Of a stretch of DNA of 64,000 bases, positions 1 to 47,000 are shown one piece after another. Both the position numbers and the translations under genes were made by a program. The notes under the pieces are model-generated. The model searched no databases, was not told the DNA's origin, and saw nothing but the letters and a program-made list of their open reading frames with translations. Positions within the stretch are counted from its first letter, which is position 1, and every line of letters begins with the position of its first letter. Source of the stretch: Hemiscyllium ocellatum (Eukaryota); contig NC_083412.1 of NCBI RefSeq assembly GCF_020745735.1, positions 77,714,320 to 77,778,319 on the forward strand, written 5' to 3'.

Positions 1-1146
1 TACCGTATGGGGAACTGGGACACCGCAGGGGACCACTTCAACTTGCACCTAAGAGAGAGAGAAAAAAGAAACATTGCATTCCTTTCTGGGATTTACAGGA
101 CAGGATTGAGTACATGTCGTACCAGCAATGAATGAGATTTGTCTGTCACATTAAACAAAGCTGTTGACCTACTCCAAAAGCATTCAGCAGATGTTGAGAA
201 CAGTGTCGGGAAACTCAGCTATGAAAGCAAGCTCTGAAATCACCTTGTGTTTCTGGCCCTCAGCTCGGTGCCATGTCTGTTGTGGATAGTGAATCCTGGG
301 AGCTGTAGTTTTGCTCTTCAAAAACACTTCTTGAAAACTCCAGGTAGAGCGCTCTCAACTGGGAGAGATGGTGAAGTGATTGATGCAGTAAAACTGCGGG
401 CTTTCGAATCTAAATTGTTCCAGAACGGAGTGGTAGAAGTTTAAATGAAAACGCTTCAGCAGGAAACAAAACCCATTGGCAAGTGCTTGGGTGCAAAATC
501 CAGGTGTTGTCAGGAACGAGAAAAATAAGTTTTAAAAATGAATCAATGCAAAATACTGCAGATGTTGCATCAGGAGAAAGAGACTTTATTTCAGGAGAGA
601 GAACTATCAAGAATGTTAGCTCAACTGTGGACCAGGCGGAGAAATTGTGTGGTCAGCCGTCTACTGGGTCTCACGGACAAGGTAAACTTAGAGAGGAACC
701 CAGAGAAAGAGGCAAGCTCAGGTAATAGAGACTAGAACTAAGAGATACAGTTTAAGAGAAAAGAACTCTCCCGTTTAAGGGAGTCTTTTTTTTCGCTCTG
801 GGAGGTGTGGGGGAGGACGGTCATTTGTATGTGAAATTCTCTTCCCCAAGAAAGAGAGGCTCATTGAATGTATTTATGGCAGCCTTAGGTTCTTGATAGA
901 CAAGGGTTATGGGCAATTCCAGAAATTGCTGGAGAAACTAAGCAGGTCCAGCAGCATCCATGGGGAGAAAGCAGTTAAAGTTTTGAGAACAGTGATCTTT
1001 TTTCATAACTGATAGTAGCTAGAAAAAGGTGGTATTTTATATGGGATGGGGGGGGGAAGGAGTGAGCAGTGTGGTGGAGATGGCATAGAGAGAGAGAAAG
1101 TCAGTTAGGAAGACAAAGAATTCGCTGATGGCCAGGAAAGGAGAAA

Positions 1147-1266
1147 GTGAGGACTGCAGATGCTAGAGATCATTCTGATGAAGAGCCTATACTCGAAACA
1201 GTGACTCTGCTGCTCCTCGGATGCTGCCTGACTGGCCGTGCTTTTCCAGCACCACACTTTTTTACT
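1147..1266. mobile_element. Penelope-terminus mini-insertion with hammerhead core and 22-bp target duplication
   Basis: CTGATGA..GAAAC at 1175-1199; flanks 1125-1146 and 1267-1288 differ by one base. Confidence 0.7.
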
Positions 1267-2948
1267 CTGATAGCCAGGAAAGGAGAAAAACTGATACATA
1301 GGACGAAGAGTGGGTGAAAATGGCCCATGTCATGACAGGCTTGTGGTGTAGGAGTGGGTAAAGGAAATGGAAGCAGGTGTTCAGACCCTAAAATTGTTGA
1401 ACTCAATAGGCTGCAGTGGAAGACTCCTGAAAGCTGCAGTGTCTCCAAGTGGAAGATGAGATGCTGTTACTCCAGCTTGTGCTGAACGTTGCTGGAGCAC
1501 TGCAGCAAGCCCAGGACAGAAATACTGGCCAGGGAACATGGTGATCTATTGAAGTGGCAGGCAATTGAAGCTCATGTCATTTTAGATTTGGTTTGAATTA
1601 TTTATTGCCTAATGTATTTTGTTACAAAATGTGGTGTAAGGTATTATAGTGTCGCCACTCTGGCACCATCTTAAAGCACAGAAAAATAAACCAAAACATT
1701 GAATATTGAGGCAGAAAAATAAAGAAAAAGTGTTCAACCTTACAGTCCTTCTTGGAAAGAAAATTGCCACTCTTTGGCACCATCTTGCTTCCACCAATGC
1801 CTTCGCCATACTGGGTCCTTGCTGGATCTTACCAATGCAGATGCCACCAATCTGCCAGGTACCACACCAGCCCAAACTCTACTCCACCGCCGCCATGAGC
1901 TTGTTTTTGAGCCCAACTCACTGATGTAGCCACTGCCAATGCTGCAGGGACTGGTAGTGGGCCCAAACTCGTCTCTGCTGCAGGAGCCATGAGTCTGCCC
2001 TAGGCCCAGCTCGTCGATTCAGAAGCCACTGGGAACCAAACTCTCCCTGCCTCTGCCACCATGAGTCTATGCTGGGCCTATTTGCTGGTGCCAATTGCCA
2101 TTGCCGCAACCAAGCTCTTCAACAAGAAGTAAAGAAAATAACAAAGAAAAGAAATTTAAAAGAGGAAAGAAAGCAAAGAAAAAAAAGCAGAGTGGACAAG
2201 CCTGTGTTCAGAAACCTTATTCCACCACCATCTTACCAGAAGGTACATGTTCCACAAATACAGTAGGCTAGATTGAGTGAAGTGCACGTGAATCACTACT
2301 TTGCCTGGAAGGTATACTTGGGGCCCTGGATAGTGAGGAAGGAGGAGATAAATGGGTAGGCTTTGCACCTTCCATAGTTGCAAGAGAAGGTGCCATGGAG
2401 TTATGGGGATGTGTTCAGAGTGGACAAGAAAGAATAGACCAAGGTGTCCTGGAGGGAATGGTCACTGCAGAAGGCTGACGAGGGAGGGGAGGGAAATATG
2501 TGTCTGTCAGTGGCATCCCACTGGATGTGGCGGATATAGGAGCTTCTGATGCTAGTGAGGTGAAAATAAGGACCCAAGGGAACCTTGTGGGTGGGAGGAG
2601 AAGGTAGGAGGGAAAAAGTCTGGAAGATGGATTGGACATGGCTTAGAGACCTGCCAACCATGGTGGCGGAGAATCCTCTGTTGAAGAAAAAGGTGGACAT
2701 TCCTGAGGTCCTATTGTGGTACATGGCATCATCAGAACAGATGCAATAGAGATAGAAAAACTGGGAAAATGGAATGGTGCCCAGAAAGCTGGGTGTGACA
2801 CTGGAATGAAATTTGCCATTCTTTGGTGCCATTGTGCCTCCACCGATGCCATCACCATTATGAGTCCTTACTGGATCTCACCAATGCGAATGGCACTGTA
2901 CCACACTGGCTCAAACTCGACTTTTCCACCGGACAGTTACCTGTGCTC

Positions 2949-2976
2949 CTGATGAAGAGCTTATGCTCGAAACATC
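2949..2976 (+). ncRNA. Minimal hammerhead ribozyme core (Penelope terminal-repeat type)
   Basis: CTGATGA-A-GAGC-TTAT-GCTC-GAAAC-ATC: intact core, perfect 4-bp stem II, NUH triplet. Confidence 0.65.
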
Positions 2977-3578
2977 AACTGTCCTGCTCCTTGGATGCTG
3001 CCTGACTGGCTGTGCTTATCCAACACCACACTCTTTGAAAGGAAATGGAGGAGATGGATTGGGTGAAAGTGAGCACAGGGTGGAAATTGGAAATGAAATT
3101 GATATTTTTTTAAAATTCTGAATGAGACAGGGAAGCAGCGCTGATTATGTCATCAATGTACTGGAGAAAGAGTTGTGGGGAAGAACCAGAATAGAATTGG
3201 AACATGGACCACAGACCAACCTCAATCTTATTCATTAGTGAAGCAATCTTGAAGTAAATTGTCTATTTCTGTTCCCATGTTCCTGTAAGAACAGATTAGG
3301 GTACTCAGAGTTACTATGCTTAAAATGGCAGCAATGAGTGACCTTGTTGGGTGCATGGGAGGAGTTCAAAAGAGGCACAGGAGGAACCTGCACACTGATT
3401 TCAGAAAGAATCAAGCCAAGGATGGCAGCACAAGTAGAGGGCATTAAAGAAGGTGCAAAAAGAACAATTACAAAAATGTTCCCATTAGAACAATCAGTTC
3501 AAATTATATTTAAGATAATCATGCACAGCCCACAATTTCTTTAATACACTCTAAACCACTTTCTTATTCAAAAGCCGA

Positions 3579-3894
3579 GGTGGCACGGTGGCTCAGTGGT
3601 TAACACTGCTGCCTCACAGCACCAGGGTCCCAGATTTGGTTCCAGCCTTGGGCGACCCCTGTGTGGAGTTTGCACATTCCCTCCGTGTCTGTGTGGGTTT
3701 CCTCCGGGTACTCCGGTTTCCTCCCACAGTCCAAAGATGTGCAGGTCAGGTGAATTTGCCATGCTAAATTGCCCGTAGTGTTAGGTGCATTAGTGAGAGG
3801 GAAATAGGTCTGAGTAGATTACTCTTTGGAGAGTCAGTGTGGACTGATTGGGCTGAAAGGCCTGTTTCCATAGGGAATCTCATCTAATCTAATC
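3579..3894 (+). mobile_element. HE1-type tRNA-derived SINE
   Basis: tRNA-like A/B-box head, GGGTTTCCTCCGGG core, TCTAA tail. Confidence 0.85.
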
Positions 3895-4460
3895 ACTGAA
3901 CAACTGGGCCCAGTGCAACTTCCAATGAACTTATTGAACCACAAAACCAAAAGTGAAATATTGTCTGAAACAACTTGTACTGGACTGAGTTGCTAACCAT
4001 TAGAAACAGAGCAATCATTCAATACAGGAGGCAATTTGGAATATTGTACTTATTCACCCCTCTTGAGATTTGCACACATATCCTTTTCAATGATATATAT
4101 CTTAGCTGCTTATCTACCAAAAAATTACAGTTGAACATTTCGAACCCAGCACAAATTCAAAACCAAAATTCCTTCCGTCTACGTTGATCACGTTGCTGCA
4201 TTACAAAGTAACATAGAGAATGATGGTGAAACTTAGTTGGCATAGCAGATTAGAAGTCATACTACATTTGAAACATTAACTCTTTTTTTTAGATTTTTAG
4301 ATCTGTTGCTCTTTTACAGATGCTGCTGAGTTTCTGCAGCATTCTCTGTGCTTGAGTTCAGATTTCCACCATCCGCAGTATTCTGATTTTATTACGGAGC
4401 AATATGCTCGTAAATAACTTGGTCTCTGCTCTGCACTCTGGCCAAATAAGAGCAAATTAG

Positions 4461-4790
4461 AAACTACAAAACCCATAATCCCTTCTGCTCATAACCAAAT
4501 TCTTAAACAAAACCCACTTTTTCTGGAATTAAAAGTAAGTTTGCTTTGCAAGTATTGCTTTTATTTTCCTTCATTATTCAGGTCACGAAGTTAACAAAGT
4601 AATTTTAAAAAATGCTCCCGTGCCGTATGGAGCGAAACCTCCCACCATTCAGTTTGAAGCCTTGATGATTCGCTGTGTTGAGAGTTTACAGTTCAGTCAT
4701 TCTTACGCCTTTGCAGGCAGCGCCATCCACGTGAGTATATGCAGCTTGTACTTTTTAAAATTGATTTTGCTTCCTGTTACAAGCACGTGT
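4461..4790 (+). promoter_or_regulatory. Candidate GART promoter / non-coding first exon (donor at 4731)
   Basis: ACTACA-AAA-CCCA-TAATCC (ZNF143/SBS-like) at 4463-4481; local CpG enrichment; CAC|GTGAGT donor at 4731; CACGTG E-boxes at 4728 and 4784. The ATG exon has a splice acceptor, which implies an upstream exon. Confidence 0.5.
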
Positions 4791-5639
4791 TTTATTGTTA
4801 CATTTCACAAATCTTCAGTAGGCGAGATTGTGAACAGCTAGCTATCAGATTTGACTTTAATGTGTTCCATTCCTGTTTATTCGTGCCAGCAGTAAGAAGT
4901 AGTACAGCTCGTGTAAAGAAGACTGTGCAGAAAGTGGGGGTTGGCTAATTCAGTAGCGAGCCTTGAAGTTTGCTGTTTTGCAAGACTTAATGTTGTAGTT
5001 ATGGTGCCTTGAACTCTGTTCCTTTGTTGCAGCGCTAGAATTGCTCATGCATGGGTCTTATTTACTAATGTTTTCAGTGGAACCTAGTAATATGAAAATT
5101 CATAAAACAGTGCAAAGTGCCAACATTGATTTACTGGGAGAAAGTGAGGATTGCTGATGCAGGAGATCAGAGTGAAAGTGTGTGGTGCTGGGAAAATGCA
5201 ATAGGTCAGGCAGCATTTGAGGAGCAGGAGAATCGACGCTTCAGGCATAAGTCCTTCATGAGGAAATTACTGATTTACTGGGATGTTAACAGGGCTACCA
5301 AGGTTGTAGTTATGAGAGGTACTTTTCACTGGAGTGGTGAAAATAAAAGATAACTTGTCTAATTTGACTTCTGTCAGTTTTAAAAGATGTTCAAGATTAT
5401 TGAGAAGGGTTATAATAAGGTACACCATGTTATTGCTTTACTGGTTAGTGATGTGAGTAATGAGTAGTAAGAATTTGAAGGGGAGGTTTAAAAAAACTTT
5501 CACTTATTACTTAGGATGATTTTTTTCTTCAGATTTTTGTTGAAGTGGAGTTAATAAATTCTTAAAAGGCAACTGTCTAACTTATTTCCCCTTGCCTACT
5601 AGACCAACTCTCCCAGATGTACTTTCCTTAAGCACAGGC

Positions 5640-6290
5640 CATCAGGTAAAAGGCACAAGTCAGGAGTATGATAGAATACTCCCCAGTTGCCTGGGTGGCT
5701 GCAACTCCAAAATACTCAAGAAGTTTGCCACCATCCAGGTCAAGCAACTGCTTGATTGATACCACATCCACAGACATTCTTCCACCACCAATGCTCAGTC
5801 ACTGCAGTGTGTACTGTCCACAAGATGCACAACAGAAATTCACCAATGATTCTGAGACAATGCCTTTCAGGCACACAACTACTTTCACCTAGAAAGACAA
5901 AGGCAGCAGATCTATTGGAGTACCAGCATTTTCAAGTTCCCCTCCAAGTCAATCATCAATTCTGACTTGGAAATATAGACAATAGTGTTCTAAAGACATT
6001 AGTGTTCTGAAGAAGGGTCACTGAAGCTGAAACACTAACTCTGATTTCTCTTCCCAGATGCTGCCAGACCTGCTGAGATTTTCCAGCAAATTCTGTTTTT
6101 GTTTCCAATTTCCAGTATCAGCAGATTTTTTTTTCAAAAGACATTAGTGTACCTCTTATGCATTAGCTGTCTTCCTACATCCCAAGGACTGTGGAAATTC
6201 AAGAAGGTAGCGCATCACCACCTTCTTCAGGCCAACTAGGGATCGGCAATTAATATTACCAAAGCACACTGCTCGCCTCCCATAAATTGA
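5640..6290 (+). mobile_element. 3' remnant of a second non-LTR family, clade not assigned (also about 11000-11810, 13640-14025, 52380-52860)
   Basis: Recurring AAGGCACAAGTCAGGAG..GAATACT (KAQVRS.MEYSP.AW) and CACCACCTTCTCAAGGGCAA-type tail. Confidence 0.65.
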
Positions 6291-7229
6291 TACAAAAACT
6301 ATACTCAATAAGTACACCTCCCAACTGAAATAATTTTGACTGCAGATCTGTGGAAGTTATAGTGGCCTTGCAACATGTTTCTCCATCCACAGATATTGCC
6401 AGACCTGTTGAGTTTCTATAACACATTCTGGTTTAATTTCAGATCTCCTGCATCCACTGTATTCTGCCGTAATTACAACATTCAATGTTACTTCTTCTCA
6501 TCAGCTTAGATTTTCTGTATGAGGCACACAAAGCATGTCCTTGAATTTGACTCCATTGTTGTTTTTTTTCCTGGAAGAGGTCACTACCCTGAAGCCAATG
6601 GCTGCAGTTTGAGGGGCTGTACTGTGCATCAAGTGTGGTTGCCCATGAATCTCTCATGCTCTTATTGTCTGTCATAGACATGTTGCAAGGATTTGCATGT
6701 TGGCAAATCTACTATTGGCTATGCTACTATTTTGTGGTTGTCCACTCCTCTAATGGGACATGACCCTAGAGCTTCTGGAATAGTGATAGAGGTATAGGAC
6801 CTCTGTTCACTTGTTCTAGTCAAGAGGGTGTGCCTGAACATTACACAGAAGGCCCTGGAAACATATTTTAAATGTACTCTCAGAAAACCGGTAAGTTCCA
6901 TAAAATGCATGATCAATGTACATCTGCAGTGGTCATAACAACTCCTGTGAACTCCAGCTGTACAACCCTCCAAGAATTCTCTGTTCATTGAAATTTGATT
7001 TTTTTTTAACTTTCCATCTTATGCTGTTAGCTGTGCAAATTCTAAGCACTGGAACTTCTTTTCTCCACCTTCTTTTGACTCTTTAAAAGTTTACTCTTTT
7101 TGACGAAGCTTTGGAATAGTCCTTTACACAGCTTGGAATAGTCCTTTGTACAGCTTGGTGTCAGATCTCGTCTGATAGCATCCCAAGGTATTTCACAGCA
7201 TGAATAGAGGGTTAGTTAGTTAATAGAAG

Positions 7230-8270
7230 GTAAATACTTGGGATAAGTGGGGTGTTTTGAAAATGGCAATCTGTAACATGTGGAGTGTTGCAGGCGTCAA
7301 TGCTGATGCGATATATTTATATACTTTATAAATAACCTTAGCTAAGAAAAGTGAATGTGCCACAGCCAAGTTTGCAGGTGACATTGAAATTGGTGGGAGG
7401 GCAAATAATGAGGATGACACAGTCTGCAGAGGGACGTTGCCCACTTGCTTAACCGGTCTAAGACTTGGCAGGTAGAACGTAATGTGGGTAAATGTGATAT
7501 TATGCCCTTTGGCAGGAAGAATAGAAGAGTTGGATATTATTTTAAATGGGAAAAGACTGTAGAAAGCTACAGAACAGAGGGAATTGGGAGTCCTCATGCA
7601 CAAATCACAGAAAACTAATGTACAAGGTCAGGAAGTAGAGGGAAAGGCAAATGGAATGTTGGCCTTTATTTCAAAGAGATTGACATATGAAAATAGGAGT
7701 GTGTTGGGAAAACTATAGAAGGCACTAATCGGATCAAAGCTGGAGTAGTCTGAACAGTTTTGGTCCACTATTCTAAGAACAAATACCCTGGCAGGGCAGT
7801 CCAGAGAAGATTCACTCAGTTGCTTCTGGGTATCGAGGGATTATGTTATGAGGAAAGGTTGAAAAGATTGGGCCTGTACTCATGGGAGTTTATAAGATTG
7901 AGAGGCAACCTGATTGTACCCATAAGAATCTTTGTAGGTTTCAATACGGAAAGGTTGCTTCCCCTGTGGGAGACTCGAGGATTAGAGGCCCTCAGAATAA
8001 ATAATCTCCCATTTAAGACAAAGTTGAGGAATTGCTTCTCTGAGCATAGTGCCTATGGAATTCTGTACTGTGAAGAACTATAATGGTAAATCGTTAAGTA
8101 TACTCCAGGCTGAGATGGGTTGATATTTTTTTGATCAGTAGGAATATCAAAGGTTTTGGATAAAGGCAGGAAAGTGAAATTGCTGACTATCAGTTCAGCC
8201 GTTGATCTCAATGGATGGCGAAGCAGACTTCATGGGCTGAATGGCCTGCTCCTGCTTCTATGTCTTACAG
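7230..8270 (+). mobile_element. Old CR1-type LINE remnant
   Basis: AAGTTTGCAGGTGACA (KFA.D), QRRFT..LLG...YEERLKRLGLYS and 3' UTR similarity. Confidence 0.75.
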
Positions 8271-9798
8271 TCACAGGAGTGTTTTCATTCTGTTAAGGTG
8301 CTCTGCAATGTGAGGTGGTGTTGTTTGCAATCTCATCCCACTTCTATTATCAACAAATTTAGCGATGATAGTTTGTAAGTTGTTGAGCCCCAGCATGGAT
8401 CCCCATGTAACTCAACTAATAACAGCTGCCAACCTGAAAATAGCCCTGCTTAAGATGTATGATTCCATGACAGAAGATGTTGGTGGTTTCAACATGTAAC
8501 ACCGATGTTCAAAGTCTGCACCTAACGCATTACTGATCTATCTGTGAATTGCATCATCAAAAAGCACTGACATTTACTTGTTTAATTTGTAAAGTTTTGA
8601 TTTAAAATGTTCTATATGTTATCTTAGGTTCAGAGATTTAATGCAAAGTATCAAATTTGCAGATGGTGGAATCAACTATCTTGAATAATGTATCTGGTAC
8701 TGATTGGCGAGAGATAATAGATATTGAAACACCAGTTAGGGCATAGAAAGAGCCCACGGCTGCTTGCTTCTGTCAAAGGTTTGACTTGTGATAAAAGAGT
8801 AGAAATTTAGGCTCTTCAATATGGAGGGGGGAAATTGAGAGGGAATAGTGTACCATTGTTTAACGATATGGTTAAAACTAGTGAAGGATAAATGTAAGGA
8901 TAAATTTTAAAAACGTCTTCACCCAGAGTGATTGTCCCATGGACTAGATTGCTCTATGCTGGAACGTTTAAGAAACCATTGAATGTAAGGAGTCTTTCTG
9001 CTTGATTGAATTAAGATGGACCCAGTGACCTTACTTGTCGATAATTATTTTGTGACCATATATTTTAAAGTTTTTTAAAAATCTCATGCCATAGATAGTA
9101 TAACAGGCCGAGCTAATTCTTCTGATAAGGGTTTATTAAAGACTGAGTGATGGGAGTCACAAGTGGATCATGAGGTCTGTCCGCCTGCATGACTTGTGAA
9201 ATAAATTGTGTTTTATGTTCATCCTTTTTATTCACAAAACTGTATATTCTGTGGTCTGGGGATATTTTTTCAATCTGCATTTGTAAATTTGTGGCCCATC
9301 TGGTTTAAGTTAGTTAGAAATTGTGAAAGTTGAAGAAAAGTTTGAAATGTATCATTGCATTCTTTTACACAATATTGATAGTACCTTACTTTATCTTGAG
9401 CTGTTTTAAAAGGTCAGATTTGAGAGCTCATGCTTATTGAGGTTGGTTTCTAATTAACTTGTCTGAAGTTTGTTTCTTTGCTGTTTACATTTCGACTGAA
9501 TATCCCTCTTTATTTTATGGGCTGTCGTATTGAGTCTAAAACATATTTTATCAAAGCTATTTGTTGTTAAATGCGGTCTTCCTTTCCGATTGCGTTGCTA
9601 TTTGTTAGTTTGTTTAATTTTATTGTAAATACAACTATGTTGGCTGACGAATGTTTGATCTTTACCTTGGTTATTTTGTCATTGTGTGTGAAGGGCTGAT
9701 TAATTGATTTGTCACTCTCAAAGAACAAGGAAGATGCCCTTTTTTGTTTTATAAGCTGTGCAGTGGATCTAAATGGCTGGATTTGTCCTGCGTCATAG

Positions 9799-43876
<34,078 letters not shown>

Positions 43877-44065
43877 GGGATTTTGGAAGGGGAGAAATGT
43901 GAAAGAAATTGAAATCCCTTTTCTTCGATTTGTTTTTTGTCATTGTTGTCCATGACACAACCGTATCTCATGAAGTGGAAAAGTAAAATTCTCCTATGTA
44001 CTAAAATGTGCTCAAATTAATTTTGTTACTTGAAACCAATTATCCTTAACTAAGTGACTTTATCA

Positions 44066-44071
44066 AATAAA
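44066..44071 (+). terminator. Probable GART polyadenylation signal AATAAA
   Basis: First AATAAA about 190 nt after the stop codon, followed by T-rich sequence. Confidence 0.6.
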
Positions 44072-44212
44072 AAAATCTTTTCATAGAAAATACCAGGTAA
44101 TTGCAGAAAAGTAAGTAAACAAAGCTTTTATTTAGTTTTCACTTGCTTTGGTAACAAAACATATTAGGTCGAGTTCTGCTTTATAGTTGAGCAATTTTCG
44201 AAGCTTTTTCTC

Positions 44213-44238
44213 GTGTGTGTGTGTGTGTGTGTGTGTGT
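44213..44238. repeat. (GT)13 microsatellite
   Basis: Read directly. Confidence 0.95.
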
Positions 44239-44454
44239 GGATGTTTACAAGTATCAACATCATTACTCCATCTATTCTTTCTTTTTAATGCCATAGTAAA
44301 CGGAATTCGTTTTTTATCGAGAGATCATATCTTAGCAATTTTGGATGAAATTTGGGGCATGGTCATGTGAAACAGAGGAGTTTATAAGGTTTAGAAGCTG
44401 ATTATCAACTGAGCAAGGTAACCCTGTCCTAGCATGTACTGCAAGCAGATAAAA

Positions 44455-47000
44455 CATTCAGAGCAAGAGGAGGGGATTCGGGCCCATCAGTCTGCTTTGC
44501 CATTTAATAAGACCATGACTTTCTATCAGCCTCAACTTCACTTGTCTGTCCAGTCTCCATAAACCTTCAAGATATTACTTATGAACAATCTATCTCCTTA
44601 AATTTAATCAGTGACCCCGCATTCACTACAGATGAATTCCACAGATTCACAAACCTTTTGAAAGATTCCTCCTCACCTACTTTAAATGTACTGCCCCTTA
44701 ATCTAAAACTATGACCTCTTATTCTAGATTACTCCACAAGGAGAACTATCCTCTCTGTCTACTTTGTCAAATCTCTTTTTAGCATCCTGTATACATTGGC
44801 TAGATCTCCTCTGATGACTATAGCCCATTTCTCTCTGACATGGCTCCAGTGCAATTCCATCCTTCTCAAGTAAAGGGACTAAAATTGTACATAATACTCC
44901 AGGTGTGGTCTTACGAATGCTTTGTCCAGTTCAGCAACACTTCTGTACTTTTATGCTCCATTGCTTTAGTGATAAATGCCAAAAACTTCCATTTGCCCTT
45001 CTTCCTGCTGTACCTGCGTTCTAGTTTTCTGCTATTCATGCACAGGAAACTAGATCCCTCTGCATGAATGCATTTTGAAGTTTCTCTCCATTTAGGTAAT
45101 AAGTTGCCTTTAAATCTTTCTGATCAAAATAGATAATCTCTCACTTAGCTATATTAAACTCCACCTGCTGAATGTTATCCTAATTACTTAACCTAACCAT
45201 AATTCATTTATAAATTTCTTACGTTTTCATTGCAACTGACTTTCCCACCTATTTTAGTGCCATCTGAAAACTTGGCTTTACTACATTCTATCCCTGCATC
45301 CAAGTCATTAATAGAGATTGTAAATAGTTTGGTTTCAAGGACTGAACCCTGTGGCACAAGACCTCTTGGCAGGAACCATTTATTTTTACAAAAAATTGAA
45401 GATATTTTATGTAAGCCATCTTGAATCAAATTTGAACTTAGAATGTGAGAGAAAACTGGCTGCTAATTTGATGCTAGCACAGACTGAAATTATTACCTTT
45501 CTACTATGTGTCAAATGAGTGTGAGACTGAATATGAACAATTCACCTTGTCAAGCTGGAATGATGGTGTGAACTTTGAAATCAACCCATGAGAAAAGCAT
45601 AAATTTAAAATTATGTACAATACTGATCTCATCAATGGAATATGAGTGGGGTAGAGAAGGACTGTAAGAATCAGTATTTCCTTTATTTTAAACTAGTTAT
45701 TTTATGGCCCAGCAGTGGATCCCACAAGGACACCTAGCACCTCATCTTGCCCATGTTTCCCATAACCCTCCCTGACATTGGTTGACTTTCACTTTGTAGC
45801 CCTGTCTCCTGGAGTAGTAAACCACTGACAACGCATCATTCTTCTAATCAGTCTCAATTTCCTCATTAAAATTAAAAATCACACAACACCAGGCTATACT
45901 CCCAATAGGTTTAATTGGAAGCACTGGTTTTTGGAGCGCCGCTCCTTCATCAGGTGCTTGTGAAGGACACCATTGTAAGACACAGAATTTATAGCAAAGG
46001 AAGAGTTGCAGAGTTATGTTCTCATAAAATAACTCATCACCTTTGGGTTTAGACAGGTGAATCTCACTGGACTCCCTCTCTCGTAAGTATGCCTTTTTGG
46101 TAAAAGGATAAAACCTGCGCATGATACTCCAGGTGATATCTCACCAGGTTCTATTCAACAGCAGCAACCATTATTATCAATTATTATGATACTCAAATTC
46201 AGTCCTGATAAAGGCTGATATACCATTTGCCTTCCTGAAAGCTATTGAAGTCTTACGTTCGCATTCAATGATTTATGTAGAAGGACACTCAAGTTCCTTT
46301 GGACATCAACACTTCACCATGTTTCACTTTTTAAGAAATACTCTGTACCTCAGTTCCTCTACTTACAGTCTATCCAAATCCTCTTGAAACATTTTTGTAT
46401 CCTCCTCATGACTCCTTCCCACCAAGTTTTGTGTCATCAGCAAACATGAAGATATTGCATTTGGTCCCATTGATTATAGATTGTGAACAACTGGGGCTGA
46501 AGTACTGAACCTTGGAATACCCACAAGTCACAGCCAGCCAACCTGACAGTAACCTACTCCCTATTTTCTGTGTCAATCTCCCATGTGGGACCTTAAGGAA
46601 ATTATACTGGAAAAAAGTCTAAATCCGCCCCATCCATTGGTTTCCCCCTTACCGACTCAGCTAGTAACGTCCTCAACATGCTGTAATAGGTTTATCAAAT
46701 ATAATTTCCCTTTTACTGATTTATCTTGGTTGAGCCCAATAATTTTTTTATTTTCTAAGTGTCCAGTCATCGCACCCCATTATAATAGACTCTAATATTT
46801 TCCCTACTATAAGATGTAAAACCATAAGTCAGAGGAGCAGAAGTAGGGCATTTAGCTCATCAAGTCTACTCTGCCACTCAATGACATCATGACTGATACA
46901 ATAATCCTCAACTCCACTTTCCTGCCTTTTCCCCATGACCCTTGTTTCTCATACTAATTAAAAATTTGTATATCTCAGCTTTGAATATACTTAATGACCC
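44455..47000 (-). mobile_element. Cluster of old CR1-type remnants
   Basis: Minus-strand GLVPQGSVL..LFTISINDLD..KFSDGTKIGG at 45208-45429 and CR1-like 3' ends. Confidence 0.65.

Larger units (their letters stand above)
920..3210 (-). mobile_element. Decayed Penelope-like retroelement (RT + GIY-YIG endonuclease) with nested insertions
   Basis: Minus-strand translation gives PQLFLQYIDDII (YIDD at 3149-3160), IPFSQF...ICSDD...FFFNRGF, FTCTSLNLAYCI (about 2260-2330) and ACHFN...SVLGLLQC...LE*QHLIFHL...IEFNNF (1385-1565); degenerate terminal repeat at 920-1010. Confidence 0.85.
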
